A stretch of DNA of 64,000 nt, from positions 266,352,001 to 266,416,000 of the forward strand of contig OZ024742.1 in assembly GCA_964016885.1 (NCBI GenBank), given 5' to 3'. The notes under the pieces were generated by a model that saw only the letters and a program-made list of their open reading frames with translations, was not told where the DNA came from and made no database searches. Origin of the DNA: Eledone cirrhosa (Eukaryota). The translations under genes were made by a program, and so were the position numbers. Below are positions 26,609 through 39,689 of the stretch, piece after piece. Position 1 is the stretch's first letter. The number at the start of each line of letters is the position of its first letter.

Positions 26609-28310
26609 CATCATCATCATCATCATCAACGTTTAACGTCCGTGTTCCACGCTTGCATGGGTTTGGACGGGGGTAGTCCCACTTGAGGCAAGAGTGATTG
26701 TCTTGCTCGCATAGGACTGTCTGGCAGGTTTTCTACAGTTGGATGCCCTTCCTAACACCAACCACATTTACAGTGTGGGTCTGGGAGGTTTTTACCGTGT
26801 TGCCTACACGGCCACATTACAGCGTGGACTGTGTGTTTTTTTGTCGTGACACCTACACGATCTCATTTGTTTCGGCCTGGATGGCGCGGCACCAACATAA
26901 CTTTACATAGAATGGGGTGGTGTGGATGGGGTGGGGGTGGTGGGACGGGGTGTATTTTGTTAGAGATGCCTACTGGCTGGAGTAGGTTTTACTATATATT
27001 TAGGTAAGGCGGGTCTTCTCTGTTACTGAGTACCGCCAAAGGTCTCGGTCCAGTGACATTGTCTTGGAGAGGTGTAAGTGTGTGATGTCGGAGTTTATCA
27101 GCTCGTCCCAGGTTTTTCTAGGTCTGCCTATTCCGTGACTACCGTCTATCTTTATTGCCCTGCACTTTGTTATACAGTTATCGACTTTCATGCGCATCAC
27201 GTGTCCATACCAACGTAGCCTTCTCTCAAGTAAACAACATCTGATCCCTCTTATCTCTAATTTTTTCCTTAGTTCGTTTATGCTTTGCCGTTCACGTATA
27301 TTACTGTTACACATCCAGCGGAGCATGCAAGCTTCGTTCCTCTCTAGTCTGCGTATATCCTCTGCACACAATGCCCAGGTCTCACTGCCATGCAACATTG
27401 CTGTTCGTATGCAGGCATCGTACAACCTGCCTTTCATTTTTAGTGAGAACCCTTTAGCAGCTAATAGTGGTATAAGCTCTCTGAACTTTTTCCAACCAGT
27501 TCTGACTCTAGCTACAGTACTTTCAGAGCACCCTCCCCCACTGCTGATTTTATCGCCCAGGTAACGGAAGCTGTCCACTATTTCTATAGAACCCTCTGCG
27601 CAATTGAAAGAGCTAGTATTTTGTGGGCACTTGCTGCTACTTATTGCACCAGAACACCGGCCACATGTAAAATCTATGTTCTTAGTTAGCTTACCTGTGA
27701 TCCCACTACATCTTTTATGCACCCATACTTTGCATTTAGGACATAAAATGGAGTTTCTACCTACGCCTTTCCTACACACCGAGCACGACCATTTCCCAGA
27801 AGGGACCGCCGCCTTGTTTTCTTTCCTACAAACTAGAACTTTGGTCTTAGCCAGGTTAATTTTAAGTCCTTTTGACTCTAGGCCGTGCTTCCATGTTTGG
27901 AATTTCTTCTCTAGCTCGGCCATTGATTCCGCTATGAGTGTCAGGTCGTCTGCGTATAGGAGTTCCCATGGGCAGCCTGTCTTGAACTCCTCTGTTATAG
28001 CCTGAAGGGCAATAATAAATAGTAGGGGGCTGAGAACAGAGCCCTGATGGACGCCAACTTTTACGCTAAACTCGTCACTATATTCGTTGTTAATTCTAAC
28101 CTTGCTGACTGTTTCTTTATACATGGCTTGTATAGCCCTCACAAGCCATTCGTCAACGCCTAGTTTTCTAAGAGCCCACCAGATAATGGAGCGGGGGACT
28201 CTGTCGAAGGCTTTCTCCAAGTCGACAAAAGCTAAGTAGAGGGGTTTACCTTTAGCTAGGAACTTCTCCTGTAGTTGGCGTACTATGAAAAGAGCATCTG
28301 TGGTATTTTT
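26608..28310 (-). mobile_element. youngest RTE LINE copy in the window, 5'-truncated
   Basis: uninterrupted frame 27000-~28310, 3'UTR and (GAT)n tail. Confidence 0.95.
27000..28310 (-). CDS. partial RTE ORF: reverse transcriptase, PHD-like finger, C-terminal domain (5'-truncated, no true start)
   Basis: [31 protein letters not shown]4HC3 finger, [13 protein letters not shown]. Confidence 0.85.
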   Translation of the reverse strand, partial: KNTTDALFIVRQLQEKFLAKGKPLYLAFVDLEKAFDRVPRSIIWWALRKLGVDEWLVRAIQAMYKETVSKVRINNEYSDEFSVKVGVHQGSVLSPLLFIIALQAITEEFKTGCPWELLYADDLTLIAESMAELEKKFQTWKHGLESKGLKINLAKTKVLVCRKENKAAVPSGKWSCSVCRKGVGRNSILCPKCKVWVHKRCSGITGKLTKNIDFTCGRCSGAISSSKCPQNTSSFNCAEGSIEIVDSFRYLGDKISSGGGCSESTVARVRTGWKKFRELIPLLAAKGFSLKMKGRLYDACIRTAMLHGSETWALCAEDIRRLERNEACMLRWMCNSNIRERQSINELRKKLEIRGIRCCLLERRLRWYGHVMRMKVDNCITKCRAIKIDGSHGIGRPRKTWDELINSDITHLHLSKTMSLDRDLWRYSVTEKTRLT

Positions 28311-28313
28311 TAA

Positions 28314-28370
<57 letters not shown>

Positions 28371-28454
28371 GAAAAATTGAACAGGGACAGAACAGAGAGG
28401 CAGTACAATAAATGTTTATTAAATTCACGCTCAGGAGAGTGGGGGGTAGGTGGG

Positions 28455-28490
28455 GGACGACGTTTCGGGCATAAGCCCTTCTTCAGGTGA
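28455..28490 (-). ncRNA. minimal Penelope-type hammerhead
   Basis: minus: ac CTGAAGA a gggc-ttat-gccc GAAA cg TC gt; stem I only ~2 bp. Confidence 0.75.
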
Positions 28491-29811
28491 GAAGTGTGTG
28501 GGAACAGAGTTCAAAAGGTGTGTAGGGGAGTGGTGGAGAGACATATAGCGAAAGGAAACGGTGCAAATGAAAAATTAACAAATAAAGACAAAAAATATAA
28601 TAAATAAAAATAGAGCATGATCAAAATACAAGGAATGAGAAAATTTAAAAATAAAGGCATGATCAAAATAAACTGAAATTAAAAGGGGGGTAAACAGGTG
28701 GCGGGTGGAGTGGGGAGAGGGAGACGGGGTGTCTGAGCGGGGAGGGCTGAAGGTGTGGTGTGTCTGGTTAGGTGTGCGTGTGTGTGTGTGTGTATGTGAA
28801 AGTGAGGGTTGGGGGAAGAACGGGGTTGCATGTTCAGGAAGGTGTGTGTGGGGGGTGTTTTTGTGGGTCGGAGTGTCTGTGCGTGTGTGGATAGGGGGGT
28901 GGGGGGAGAGGAATCAGGAGGCTGAGGGTGTAAATATGTGGTGGGAAGCACGTGTGTGTGGTTTAAGCGTGTTGTGGGTGTGGGTGGCGTGTGGATAAAA
29001 AAATTTTTTTGGGGTGTGTGTGTGGGTGAGTTATATAGGTGATGGTGTAAGAGGATGGTTGAAAAGTTGGTAAGTTCCACGGATGTTTGGAGATTTGGTT
29101 AGAAGTCAATTTCGCGTGTGGGTAATCCAAGAAGCGGTGGTCGGAAGAGGAGAGATGTGGGGTGCGCGCGCAACAGGAAGTGGTCAGCAGTGGGAGTGCT
29201 GTGGTCAGTTGGTGCTGAGAGGTGGTGGGAAGGGCATAGCAGCAGTCGGTGGAATGGTAGGGAGGCGAGGATGGGTAGGTGTGAGAGTTGGAGTGAGGAG
29301 GGTGTGTGTGTGTGTGTGTGTATTAGTAGGGGTGTTAGTGGGATGAGTGAGTGTGGAGCGGGGAGAGAAGGGTGTGTGTGGTTCTATGGAGGGAGTGTGG
29401 TGTACTGGTGTGTGTGTAGTTTGGTGAAGAGGTGTTAGTGGGTGTTAGTATACGGGAGGTGGGGAGGGGTGGAATGCAGGTGTGAGTGGGGGTTAGTGGT
29501 GGTAGGGTGTGTAATGTTGGTGGTGTACGAGGGTGTGTGGGTACGTGTGCGTGGGGTTGGGGGGGTGTTAGTGATGTTAGTTGCGTGTGGGGTGGGTGGT
29601 GTAAGTGGGTGCGTGTGCGCGTCTGATAAGGAGGGGGGAGGAGGAGAAGAGGGGAGGGAAGGGATGTTAGTATGTTAGTTGGGGAAGGGTGGTCAGATGA
29701 GGGGTGGAGTAGAGGTGTTAGTATTGTTAGTGTGGGGTGGGCGGTGAAAAGGAGGGGTGTGTTAGTGGTGTTAGTGGGGGATAAGTGTGGGGGGAGGGGG
29801 GCGGTCGAACG

Positions 29812-30150
29812 TTAAAGGAATAAGGGTGGGGAGTTCAGGCCGGGAGGAGTGTGGGTCTGTAAGATGAAGATAGTGCGTTGTTCGACCGTAAGGCGATGGG
29901 CGGGTGTTCCGTGGCACTGGAGTAGGCCACAGACTGTGAGATGGCGTGCGGAGTGTCCAGGGCCACCAAAGTGGCGGGCGATGGGGGAACTGGCCCCGAG
30001 ACGAATATCCCGGAAGGTGCTCCGTGACTCGGTCCGCCAGGCGACGTCCCGTCTGTCCGACATAAGTCGCCCTGCACTCCGTGTAACGAAGTCCGTAGAC
30101 TAGGTTGGAGGAGGTGCAGCAGAAGGCATGCCGGACCGAGAGAGAGTGGC
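29812..30150 (-). pseudogene. GIY-YIG endonuclease, frameshifted
   Basis: [36 protein letters not shown] / [15 protein letters not shown]...[17 protein letters not shown]. Confidence 0.88.
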
Positions 30151-30180
30151 ATATATATATATATATGTATATATATATAC

Positions 30181-30305
<125 letters not shown>

Positions 30306-30425
30306 TATATACATATATATATATACATATATATATATGAAAAATTGAACGGGAACAAAACAGAGAGGCAGTACGAACAAAGGTTTATTAATTTCACGCT
30401 CTTGAGAGTGGGGTGGTGGTATATA

Positions 30426-30507
<82 letters not shown>

Positions 30508-30620
30508 CATATATACATACATATATCTATATATACATATATACATACATATATATATATATACATATATATATACATACATATATACATACATATATAC
30601 ATACATATATATATATATAT

Positions 30621-30651
<31 letters not shown>

Positions 30652-30653
30652 CA

Positions 30654-30693
<40 letters not shown>

Positions 30694-30710
30694 TACATAC
30701 ACATATATAT

Positions 30711-32406
30711 AATCAGAGAGAGAATCGATCTAGATGAAATGCAGTTCGGGTTTGTGTCAGGCAAAAGTACCACAGATGCTCTTTTCATTGTACGACAACT
30801 ACAGGAGAAGTACCTAGCTAAAAGTAAACCCCTATACTTAGCCTTTGTCGACTTGCAGAAAGCCTTCGACAGAGTCCCCCGTTCCATTATCTGGTGGGCT
30901 CTTAGAAAACTAGGTGTTGACGAATGGCTTGTGAGAGCTATACAAGCCATGTATAAAGAAACAGTCAGCAAGGTTGTCCATCAGGGCTCTGTTCTTAGCC
31001 CCCTACTATTTATTATTGCCCTTCAGGCTATAACAGAGGAGTTCAAGACCGGCTGCCCATGGGAACTCCTATACGTGGATGATCTAACGCTCATAGCTGA
31101 ATCACTGGCCGAGCTAGAGAAGAAATTCCAAACATGGAAGCACGGCCTAGAATCAAAAGGCCTTAAAATTCACCTGGCTAAGACTAAAGTTCTAGTTTGT
31201 AGGAAAGAAAATAAGGCGCCGGTCCCATCCGGGAAATGGCCATGCTCAGTGTGTAGGAAAGGCATAGGTAGAAACTCCATTTTATGTCCCTAATGCAAAG
31301 TATGGGTGCATAAAAGATGTAGTGGGATCACAGGTAAGCTAACTAAGAACACAGATTTTACATGTGGCTGGTGCTCTGGCGCAATACGTAGCAGCAAGTA
31401 CCCACAAAATACTAGCTCTTTCAATTGCGCAGAGGGTTCTATAGAAATAGTGGACACCTTCCGTTACCTGGGTGACAAAATCAGCAGTGGAGGAGGGTGC
31501 TCTGAAAGTACAGTAGCTAGAGTCAGAACTGGATGGAAAAAGTTCAGAGAGCTTATACCACTATTAGCCGCTAAAGGGTTCTCCCTAAAAATGAAAGGCA
31601 GGTTGTATGATGCCTGCATACGAACAGCAATGTTGCATGGCAGTGAGACCTGGGCATTGTGTGCAGAGGATATACGCAGACTAGAGAGGAACAAAGCTTG
31701 CATGCTCCGCTGGATGTGTAATAGTAATATACGTGAACGGCAAAGCATAAACGAACTAAGGAAAAAATTAGAAATAAGAGGGATCAGATGTTGTTTACTC
31801 GAGAGAAGGCTACGTTGGTATGGTCACGTGATGCGCATGAAAGACGACAGCTGTATAACAAAGTGCAGGGCAATAAAGATAGATGGTAGCCACGGAGTAG
31901 GCAGACCCAGAAAAACCTACTACAGTCAGTAGGCATCTCTAACAAAATACACCCCCGTCCCACCACCCCCACCCCATCCACACCGCCCCTTTCAATGTAA
32001 AGTTATGTTGGTGCCACAACATCCAGGCCGAAACATGAGATCGTGTAGGTGTCATGACAAAAAAAAAAAACACACAGTCCACGCTGTAATGTGGCCGTGT
32101 AGGTAACACGGTAAAAACCTCCCAGTCCCACACTGTAAATGTGGTTGTTGTTAGGAAGGGCATCCAGCCGTAGAAAACCCGCCAGACAGACACGCTGTAA
32201 TGTGGCCGTGTAGGCAATACGGTAAAAACCTCCCAGCCCCACACTGTAAATGTGGTTGGTGTTAGGAAGGGCATCCAACTGTAGAAAACCCGCCAGATAG
32301 TCCTATGCGAGCAAGACAACCACTCTTGCCTCAAGTGGGAAAACTCCCGTCCAAACCCATGCAAGCGTGGAACATGGACGTTAAACGATGATGATGATGA
32401 TGATGA
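30711..32406 (+). mobile_element. RTE LINE copy with internal deletions, a nonsense codon (31291) and a duplicated 3'UTR segment
   Basis: ORFs 30739-31293 and 31306-31932; cacgctgtaatgtggccgtgtagg repeated at 32080 and 32191; (GAT)n tail. Confidence 0.93.
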
Positions 32407-33023
32407 TATGTGTGTGTGTGGAAGTGTGTAATATAATCCAATGTATTTTTACCATGATGATATTTTTAAAAATAAAAAAAACAAGTTAACAAAAAGAATA
32501 AAAATAAACTGTAGAAACTGAAGTTGGAATGTTGTTGGTCTGGATTTGTTTATAAACTATTTCCAAATAAACTAAAATATTCTGACTACTATGTTATGTA
32601 TTAACACATATGGTTGCTGGTGTTATATAAATAACATGCAGTCTACTAGAGAAAGAGAGACAGGGGTGGGTTATATGTGCTTTTATGTATGCTTCTATGT
32701 ATATATTGTGTATGTAACTGCAAGCATGGCAGTAATCATTGTCATCATCATTGTCATCATCATTGCCATCACCGTCTTTATGTTTGCTTCTCCATGCTGG
32801 CATGGGCTGGGCAAGACTTTTATGGGAAAGATTTTCTAAGGCCACATGCACTTTCTGATTCTAACTCTTACTTTAATTTTAAGTATGGTATATAGCACTG
32901 ACTTTCATTGAACTGTTAAACTGCAGGACAAACAAATTTCACTGCTTACTTAAACAGGGTTTATCTGAAGACATGGAGACAGACACTCAAATACACACTC
33001 ATACCAATTATTTATCTCTGTAG

Positions 33024-33124
33024 GTGAAATGTCGGGAGATTTACTGTGCTGAAGGATTCTTCTTAAATATACCTGAAATACCTGGGGCTGTGGCTTCCGT
33101 CAAAGAAATGAATGACATGGACAA
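33024..33124 (+). CDS. NT5M: 5'(3')-deoxyribonucleotidase (NT5C/NT5M family), internal exon (101 bp)
   Basis: tctctgtag|...|gtaagt; VKCREIYCAEGFFLNIPEIPGAVASVKEMNDMD matches the family motif GFFxxLEPIPGAxxAVxEM. Confidence 0.9.
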
Positions 33125-33189
33125 GTAAGTGTCTCTCTGTCATCTGTCTTTATCTTTTAATCTTTTTTATTTATTCTTTTTTCCATAAA

Positions 33190-33590
33190 ATCAGCCTCTC
33201 CTGCTGCAAACCAGTCCAAAATCGACTGATGTCATCACTCTGATGTGCTTCTGATCTGCATTCAGGCATTTTGGCATCCATTTTGCGGAAAGCTTTCTCA
33301 TGTCCAGAAGGTTGTGGATTATGTGGCCAACTCTTTCATGGGAAATTTTCAGAGTCTCGGTGTCGGGTTTGTCCTTTGTGGTCGGAGGAGTTGGCCGTCC
33401 TGATCGGATTTCATCTGTGATCTCAAAATGACCAGTCTGTAATCTTGACACCTAAATTTTCTCTCTGGAGTAAAATGGGCAACCGTCCTTCAAGACATCC
33501 TTCATCTCACCGTGAATTTCTGCTGCTCCTTTGCCTTGCAAGAAAAGGAACTTCGTGATCACCCGTGCTTCAATTTTACCAGAATCTACT
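33190..33590 (-). pseudogene. mariner transposase N-terminal (HTH) relic
   Basis: KFLFLQGKGAAEIHGEM, DEIRSGRPT, LDMRKLSAKWMPKCL. Confidence 0.85.
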
Positions 33591-34291
33591 GAAGGAGCTG
33601 CCATCATACAGTAAATCTGCAAACAAAGAGAAAGATATATTCATCATCATCATCATCACCATTTTACATCCGTTCTTCAACGCTAGAATGGGTTAGATGG
33701 GTTGTCCTGTTGTGGGCAGTGTCTGGTTGGCTGACCTTGTTTTGCTCATATACCATAATGATTTTTTGCATATCTTTTCCTAAATAGTTGTACTACCTCC
33801 CCTGTAAAGGTAACAACTCTACCCTTTCACAATACTCTTAAAGCCAGGAACTTTTATAAAAGAAAAATGTTGATCAGTACATAATAATTTACATCATATT
33901 GTCTGGTAATCAGTCGATGTCAAAATATTGTCAGAAAGAATCTGTCAGAGTGTACACATCAGTTAATATAATCTAGACAAACGTATCCAAGCCCATGTAT
34001 AGATATATAGATATAAAGGCACAAGAAAAGCAGGAAGGCAAGCAATGAACTTACATGAATATGGTAAATACCAATTCTTAATGCCTATACAGATCTGTTT
34101 CAAGTCAACAAAAAATAATGCAGATTACCATTATTAGATAATAGGAATCATTTAGGTGTTAGGCTCATTTTCAATAGGCAACATCTTATACACACGTAGC
34201 TCCAGCTATCAGCCATGCAGTCAAATTACAAACTGTGAAAGCACATGTATAATGACACTTAAGCAGAAGGTTGAATGGATGATATACATAT

Positions 34292-36432
34292 CATCCAAGT
34301 TGATTGATCAGGTAATGAAGGTCACAGAAAGAGTTATAGCACAGCTGATCAGACACTGAGTTAACCTAAATGAGATGCAGTTCGGATTTGCACCAGGTAA
34401 AAGTCCTACTGATGCTCTCTTCCTTGTGAGACAACTGCAGAAGTACATAGCTAAAAGTAAACCCCAATACTTGGCATTTGTAGACCTGGAGAAAGCTTTT
34501 GACAGAGTCCCTTGTTCCATTATTTGGTGGGCTCTTAGAAAACTTGCAGTAGATGAGTGGCTTGTGATGGCAGTACAAGCCATATATAGAAGAAAAGTCA
34601 GCAAGTTTAGAATAAACAACAACTATAGTGAAGAATTTAGTGTGCTGGTAGAAGTACATCAAGGTTCCATTCTTAGCCCTCTCCTAATTATTCTCGCTCT
34701 GCAGGCTATAACAGAAGAGTTTAAGACTGGCTGCTCATGGGAGCTTCTGTATGCTGATGATCTAACCCTTATAGCTGAATCCATGGCAGAACTAGAGACG
34801 AAATTCAGAACTTGGAAGCAAGACTTAGAATCTAAAGGTCTGAAAATCAACCTGGCAACGACCAGAGTCCTAGTATGTAGAAAGGATAACAGGGCCCAGA
34901 TTTCCTTAGGGGAATGGCCTTGTTCAGTATGCAGGAAAGGAGTAGGTAGAAACTTCATTCTGTGCCTCAAATGCAAACTATAGGTACACAAGGGATGTAG
35001 TAGGATCACAGGTAGGCTAGCAAAGAACACAGGTTTTGTATGTGATTGTTGTACAGGGGCAGTAACAACAGCCCACAGGTTACTAACTCCTTTAAATGCC
35101 TAGAGGGCTTGGTAGAAATAGTTGATAGTTTCTGTTACCTGGGCGACCAAATTAACAGTGGAGGTGGATGTTCCGAAAACACTGTAGCTAGGGTGAGAAT
35201 GGGTTGGAGAAAGTTCAGGGAGCTACTACTGCTGGTAGCCACAAAAAGTTTTTTCCTTAAAATGAAGGGCAGATTGTATGATGCGTGTATATGAATGGCA
35301 ATGTTGCATGACAGTGAGACTTGGGCACTGTGTGCAGCAGACCTACAATGACTAGAAAGAAATGAAGCTTTCATGCTTTGATGGATCGAGACATGGTCAC
35401 TCAACCCAACTTGCCTCAAATGGGACAAATCCGTCTACCCCATGCTAGCGTGGAAGATGGACGTTAAACGATGATGATGATAATGATGAACAGCAAAGCA
35501 TAAATGAACAGTGAGAGAAACTGGGTATAAGAGGAGTCAGATTCAGTGTGCAGGAGAGGAGAATGTACTGGGATGGGCATGATGCTTATGAAGGATGACA
35601 GGTGTATAAAAAGGTGCAGAGGGCTCAAGCTTGATGGAAGCTACATTGTAGGAAGATATAGGAAGACTTGGGATGAGATGATGAAAGCTGACCTTGTACA
35701 ATTGCACCTCTTGAAGGCGATGACACAGGATCAAAATCTCTGGCCTTATGAAGTAATACAGAAGACTTGCCTTCCCTTGTGCACAGGTTAAAACAAACAT
35801 CTTGTACACACTACTTTCCTCCTCTCCCTTTCACACACACTCAACCCCTCACAACCCTGCACCTTTCATGTCCCTCCCACTCTTACACCTCTCATATCCT
35901 AACACTCCACCCATGCCTGAATACCCCAGCCCTTCACACACACCACTAGATCTAACCCCCCCCCCCCAAGTCCCCAGTTTACACTGTAAATTAATTGGGA
36001 TAGTGACACAGGTTCTAGCCCACACTGTAAAGTGGTTGTGTAAGTATCACAACAAAAATCACCCAGCCCACACTGTAAAGTGGTCATGTAGGTGCCACAA
36101 CAAAAAGCGCCCAACCCACACTGTCAAGTGGTCGTGTTGGTGTCACAACAAAAAGTGCCCAGCCCACACTGTAAAGTGATTGAGTAGGTGACACAACAAA
36201 AAACGCCCAGCCCACACTGTAAAGCGGTTGTGTAGGTGTCACGAAATAAAGCACCCAACACACATTGTAAATGTGGTTGGTGTTAGGAAGAGCACCCTCC
36301 CATAGAAACCAAACCAAAACCAGTCCTATATGAGCAAGTTATGGTCATCGGACCTGGCTTGTCTCACAACAGGGCAACTTGTCTAACCCATGCTAGCGTG
36401 GAAAATGGACATTAAATGATGATGATGATAGT
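34292..36432 (+). mobile_element. older RTE LINE copy with a nested RTE tail (35385-35488) and ~50-bp tandem repeats in the 3'UTR (36018-36290)
   Basis: MQFGFAPGKSPTDAL...YADD with stops and frameshifts; cccacactgtaaagtgg unit about 6 times. Confidence 0.9.
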
Positions 36433-36719
36433 GATATATATGGCTCCTTTATGAGTAAGGCTTGGCAGGCTCCTTTATGATTAAAGGCTTAGTATGGGCA
36501 ACTGGCCCAACTTTCCTCATAGTGGGATGTCCCATTTCCCAAATTATTGTTCTGATGTAAGCAGGGTACGGCACGGCTACCATCGCTACAGTTTCATCTG
36601 AGCAAGGTATCGTGCAGCCAATCTGGCCAGATTTGTCTCATGATGTGGATGACCCGTCTAACCCATGCAAGCATGGAAAATGGATGTTAAATGTTGATGA
36701 TGATGATGATGATGTTGAT

Positions 36720-36868
36720 ATACATACAACAGTTTCCATCTACTAAATTCTACTCACAAAGCATTGGTCAACTCAAGGCCATAGTAAAAGACTTGCTCAA
36801 GGAGCCATGCAGCAGGACTGAACTCAAGACCACATGGTTGCAAAGCAAACAATTTAACTACACAGCCA
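36720..36868 (-). mobile_element. tRNA-derived SINE (third family); another copy at ~38280-38425
   Basis: agtttccatctac.aaattcactc...accatgtggttgcaaa shared by both copies. Confidence 0.65.
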
Positions 36869-37604
36869 TCTCTGAGAGCCTATTTATAAACTTATTTAAG
36901 CTCTCCATTTTCTTATCTCTCCTTCTCTCTCCCCTACATATATAATCCTCACCCTATCATTTACAGCATAACTGCTACTACTGAGACACACACCTTTATA
37001 CATCCACCACCAATACCATAATTTTTATCTTTAACAAACATCATCATCATCACGATCATCATCATCCATCATCACAATCCCCACCCTCTACATAATCATC
37101 TCTACCATTTCATCGCCATCATCATCCTTATTAGCCTTTTCATCATCACAATCATGATCTCCATCCTCATCTTCATTCTCACTTTCCTTTTCATCAAGAT
37201 CACAACCATCACAGATTCCACATATGTTTAACCTTTGTAATATAATGGGTTGACTAGATCTATAATTTAATATATTTCACCAATCCCCTTCTGCTTCTTT
37301 TACCTCATCAGTTGGTTGAAATATTTCTAGTTAACATTATACACACACATACATACACACATGCACAACAATACACAGGCATCTACACACTCACACAAAC
37401 ATACATACTCATACACACACCAATATATGGACACGCATATACAGACATACTCACACACAGCAATACACACACACACATACACACATATGTCATACAGACT
37501 ACATATAAGGATCAGTGGGCTGGAATTTGCAGACATAGTACTACTTACTTCTTCTAATCTTGGGTAATGACTGTAAAAATACAATAGCGAACACAAGCAA
37601 CCGA

Positions 37605-37950
37605 AATGGGGGTCCTCAAAATGGTCTTTGGAGTAAGGTTACTTGATAGGTTGCATAACTTGGAGATCAAGGAGTCACTTCAGGTAGAGATGTTACTTCT
37701 CTGAATCAAGAGATAACAGCTCTGATACTACAGACATGTGGTTAAAATGTCTAAGGAAAGAATCACTGGACAGTTTTATGGGCAAAATGAAAAGGCTTAG
37801 GGTAGACCAAGAGTAAGCCTAGCTGGTTGTGCTTGGAGATCTAACTGGATCGTTTAGAGACAGTTGCTTCTGATAGGACCCTCTGGAAGGCACGCTTGAG
37901 GGCTCTGCCTTATGACCTCCTCAGGAATAAGTAGGTGAAGAAGAAGAAGC
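37605..37950 (+). mobile_element. degenerate 3' end of another RTE-type LINE with (GAA)n tail
   Basis: GVRLLDRLHNLEIKESLQVE..HVVKMSKERI..GRPR remnants. Confidence 0.6.
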
Positions 37951-38601
37951 AGACTCCATACAGATTCACATGTTGGCTAGTTTAGCTGCAGACAATCCAT
38001 GAGCCATTGTTCCATTAGCCTTCCTATTGCTGACACTGCCTGCTGGAAGCAACTCAGGCAGAACGAGGTGGCATTTGAACTCGGAGTGGAGAGCTGAAAC
38101 ATACTGAGAATCTAATTCTCTAGTGAGCTGCAGAACATATTGTTTATGTAGGATGTTAACAAATGTCAACGGCTGCACAAGAAGTGTCAAAAGCATTGCA
38201 AACATGCACATACAAACAGATATATGCACACACACACATACACACAGATATATGCACACACACAAACATACACACACACACGTATGACAAGTTTCATATA
38301 GTTTCCATCTACCAAATTCACTCTAAAGTCATTGGTCAATCTGAGTCTATAGTAGTAGAAGATACTTGTCCAAAGTGTCACACTGAGATCAAACCTGAAA
38401 CCATGTGGTTGCAAAATGAACTTTTCCATCAATTAGTCATATAATTAATTGTATAATTAATGTCCATTAATCAATGGAATCTCTGACTGTTTAATTAAAT
38501 TATCTTGTACCCCTTATTATTCCCCATCAATTGATGATTTTTTTCCCTTCCAGTTATTTCTTCACTTGCTAACAGATTTGTCTACCTTTTCTTTTCTCTA
38601 G

Positions 38602-38665
38602 TGTTGAAGTATTTATTTGTACCAGCCCATTGATTGGAAACTACAGACACTGTGTCAGAGAAAAA
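38602..38665 (+). CDS. NT5M: NT5C/NT5M-family exon (64 bp)
   Basis: ttttctctag|...|gtaatg; (N)VEVFICTSPLIGNYRHCVREK, HAD motif II; phase-compatible with neighbours. Confidence 0.92.
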
Positions 38666-38719
38666 GTAATGTATAATTATATATATTAATATGTGTATTT
38701 AAAATACCATTGTATTTAA

Positions 38720-38940
38720 CCCTTTAGCAGTTACATTACTCTATATTTACTATTGTATTTTCATGGTAAAGCCTTTACCTCAGATAATTATCTCACATAA
38801 TATCGAATCTATGAGATTTTGATATTATTTATTTTGAGAACAATACCTTAACATCAGTATGAGCAGCTAGTTACAGCCAGTTTGAACAGAAAGAGGTGAG
38901 AAATTTCTGGCCGGATATGGCTGGTTTAAATGCTAAAGGG
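38720..38940. mobile_element. piggyBac-type MITE
   Basis: TTAA|CCCTTTAGCA ... TGCTAAAGGG|TTAA; truncated second copy at 41128-41333. Confidence 0.85.
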
Positions 38941-39019
38941 TTAAAACATTTGAACATTAACGTGAAATATAGTGTCTTGCTGAAGAAGTCAACGCCTGGT
39001 CTGAGAACTTTCAGACCGG

Positions 39020-39324
39020 AAAGAGAACTTTCAGACCGGGGCCTATGAACACCTTCCAGAAATCTCTGGCCTGGCAGTGCTACTGGGGAACTTGCCAGTT
39101 CGTGATAAGCTCTACAGGCATGGAGGTGCTGTCAGCCGAGCCTGTCCGAGATGCGTGCAGGGTGACGAAACCGTCCTGCACGCACTCGTTCAGTGCCCGA
39201 GGATTGCTGACTTACGGGGCTATGTCGAACAGTTGCTGGCGCGTGTAGGACCGATCCGGTTATCGACTGAGTCCATTGTTCAGATGTTTTTCTTCATGTC
39301 AGCCCTTGTGGCCAATAAAGAAAC

Positions 39325-39360
<36 letters not shown>

Positions 39361-39635
39361 GGCCCTCTGAGTATGCATCTGTAAATTAAAGGTGGAAAAC
39401 TGGGAGAGGGCACTTGCCTTGGTGGTCAGGGTCACTGTGGCTTTTTAATGGGCTTTCTCCACAAATGTCCCTCCGAAGTCTCCCCCCCTATTGGGGAATT
39501 TTTCATTGTTATTTTTTTGTTACATCCTCTGTTTTTGTTTTTTACATGCAGAAATGCCCATTTGTACCGTCCTGTATTGTCCTGCACTGTCCTTAATGTC
39601 TACTTTATGTAAACCCTTGTGGTTAATAAAGAAAG

Positions 39636-39678
<43 letters not shown>
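39020..39678 (+). mobile_element. Tx1/L1-type LINE 3' fragments with two (ATT)n tails
   Basis: LPVRDKLYRHGGAVSRACPRCVQGDETVLHALVQC; aataaagaa followed by (att)n at ~39314 and ~39625. Confidence 0.85.
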
Positions 39679-39689
39679 GTTATTTTCAG

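Larger units (their letters stand above)
28368..30150 (-). mobile_element. Penelope-like element (Neptune-like), 5'-truncated, with C/A-rich 3'UTR and terminal hammerhead
   Basis: GIY-YIG relic 29812-30150; hammerhead 28455-28490; aataaa; (TA)n on both sides; extra 3'-end copies at 30338-30420 (-) and 45863-45910 (+). Confidence 0.85.

Noticed and set aside
36018-36290. Regularly spaced repeats suggestive of a CRISPR array
   Set aside because: Spacers are similar to each other, the array lies in a LINE 3'UTR, and the context is eukaryotic.
37966-38277. Minus-strand 103-aa ORF
   Set aside because: Starts in a (CA) repeat, has no recognisable motif, and is antisense within an NT5M intron.
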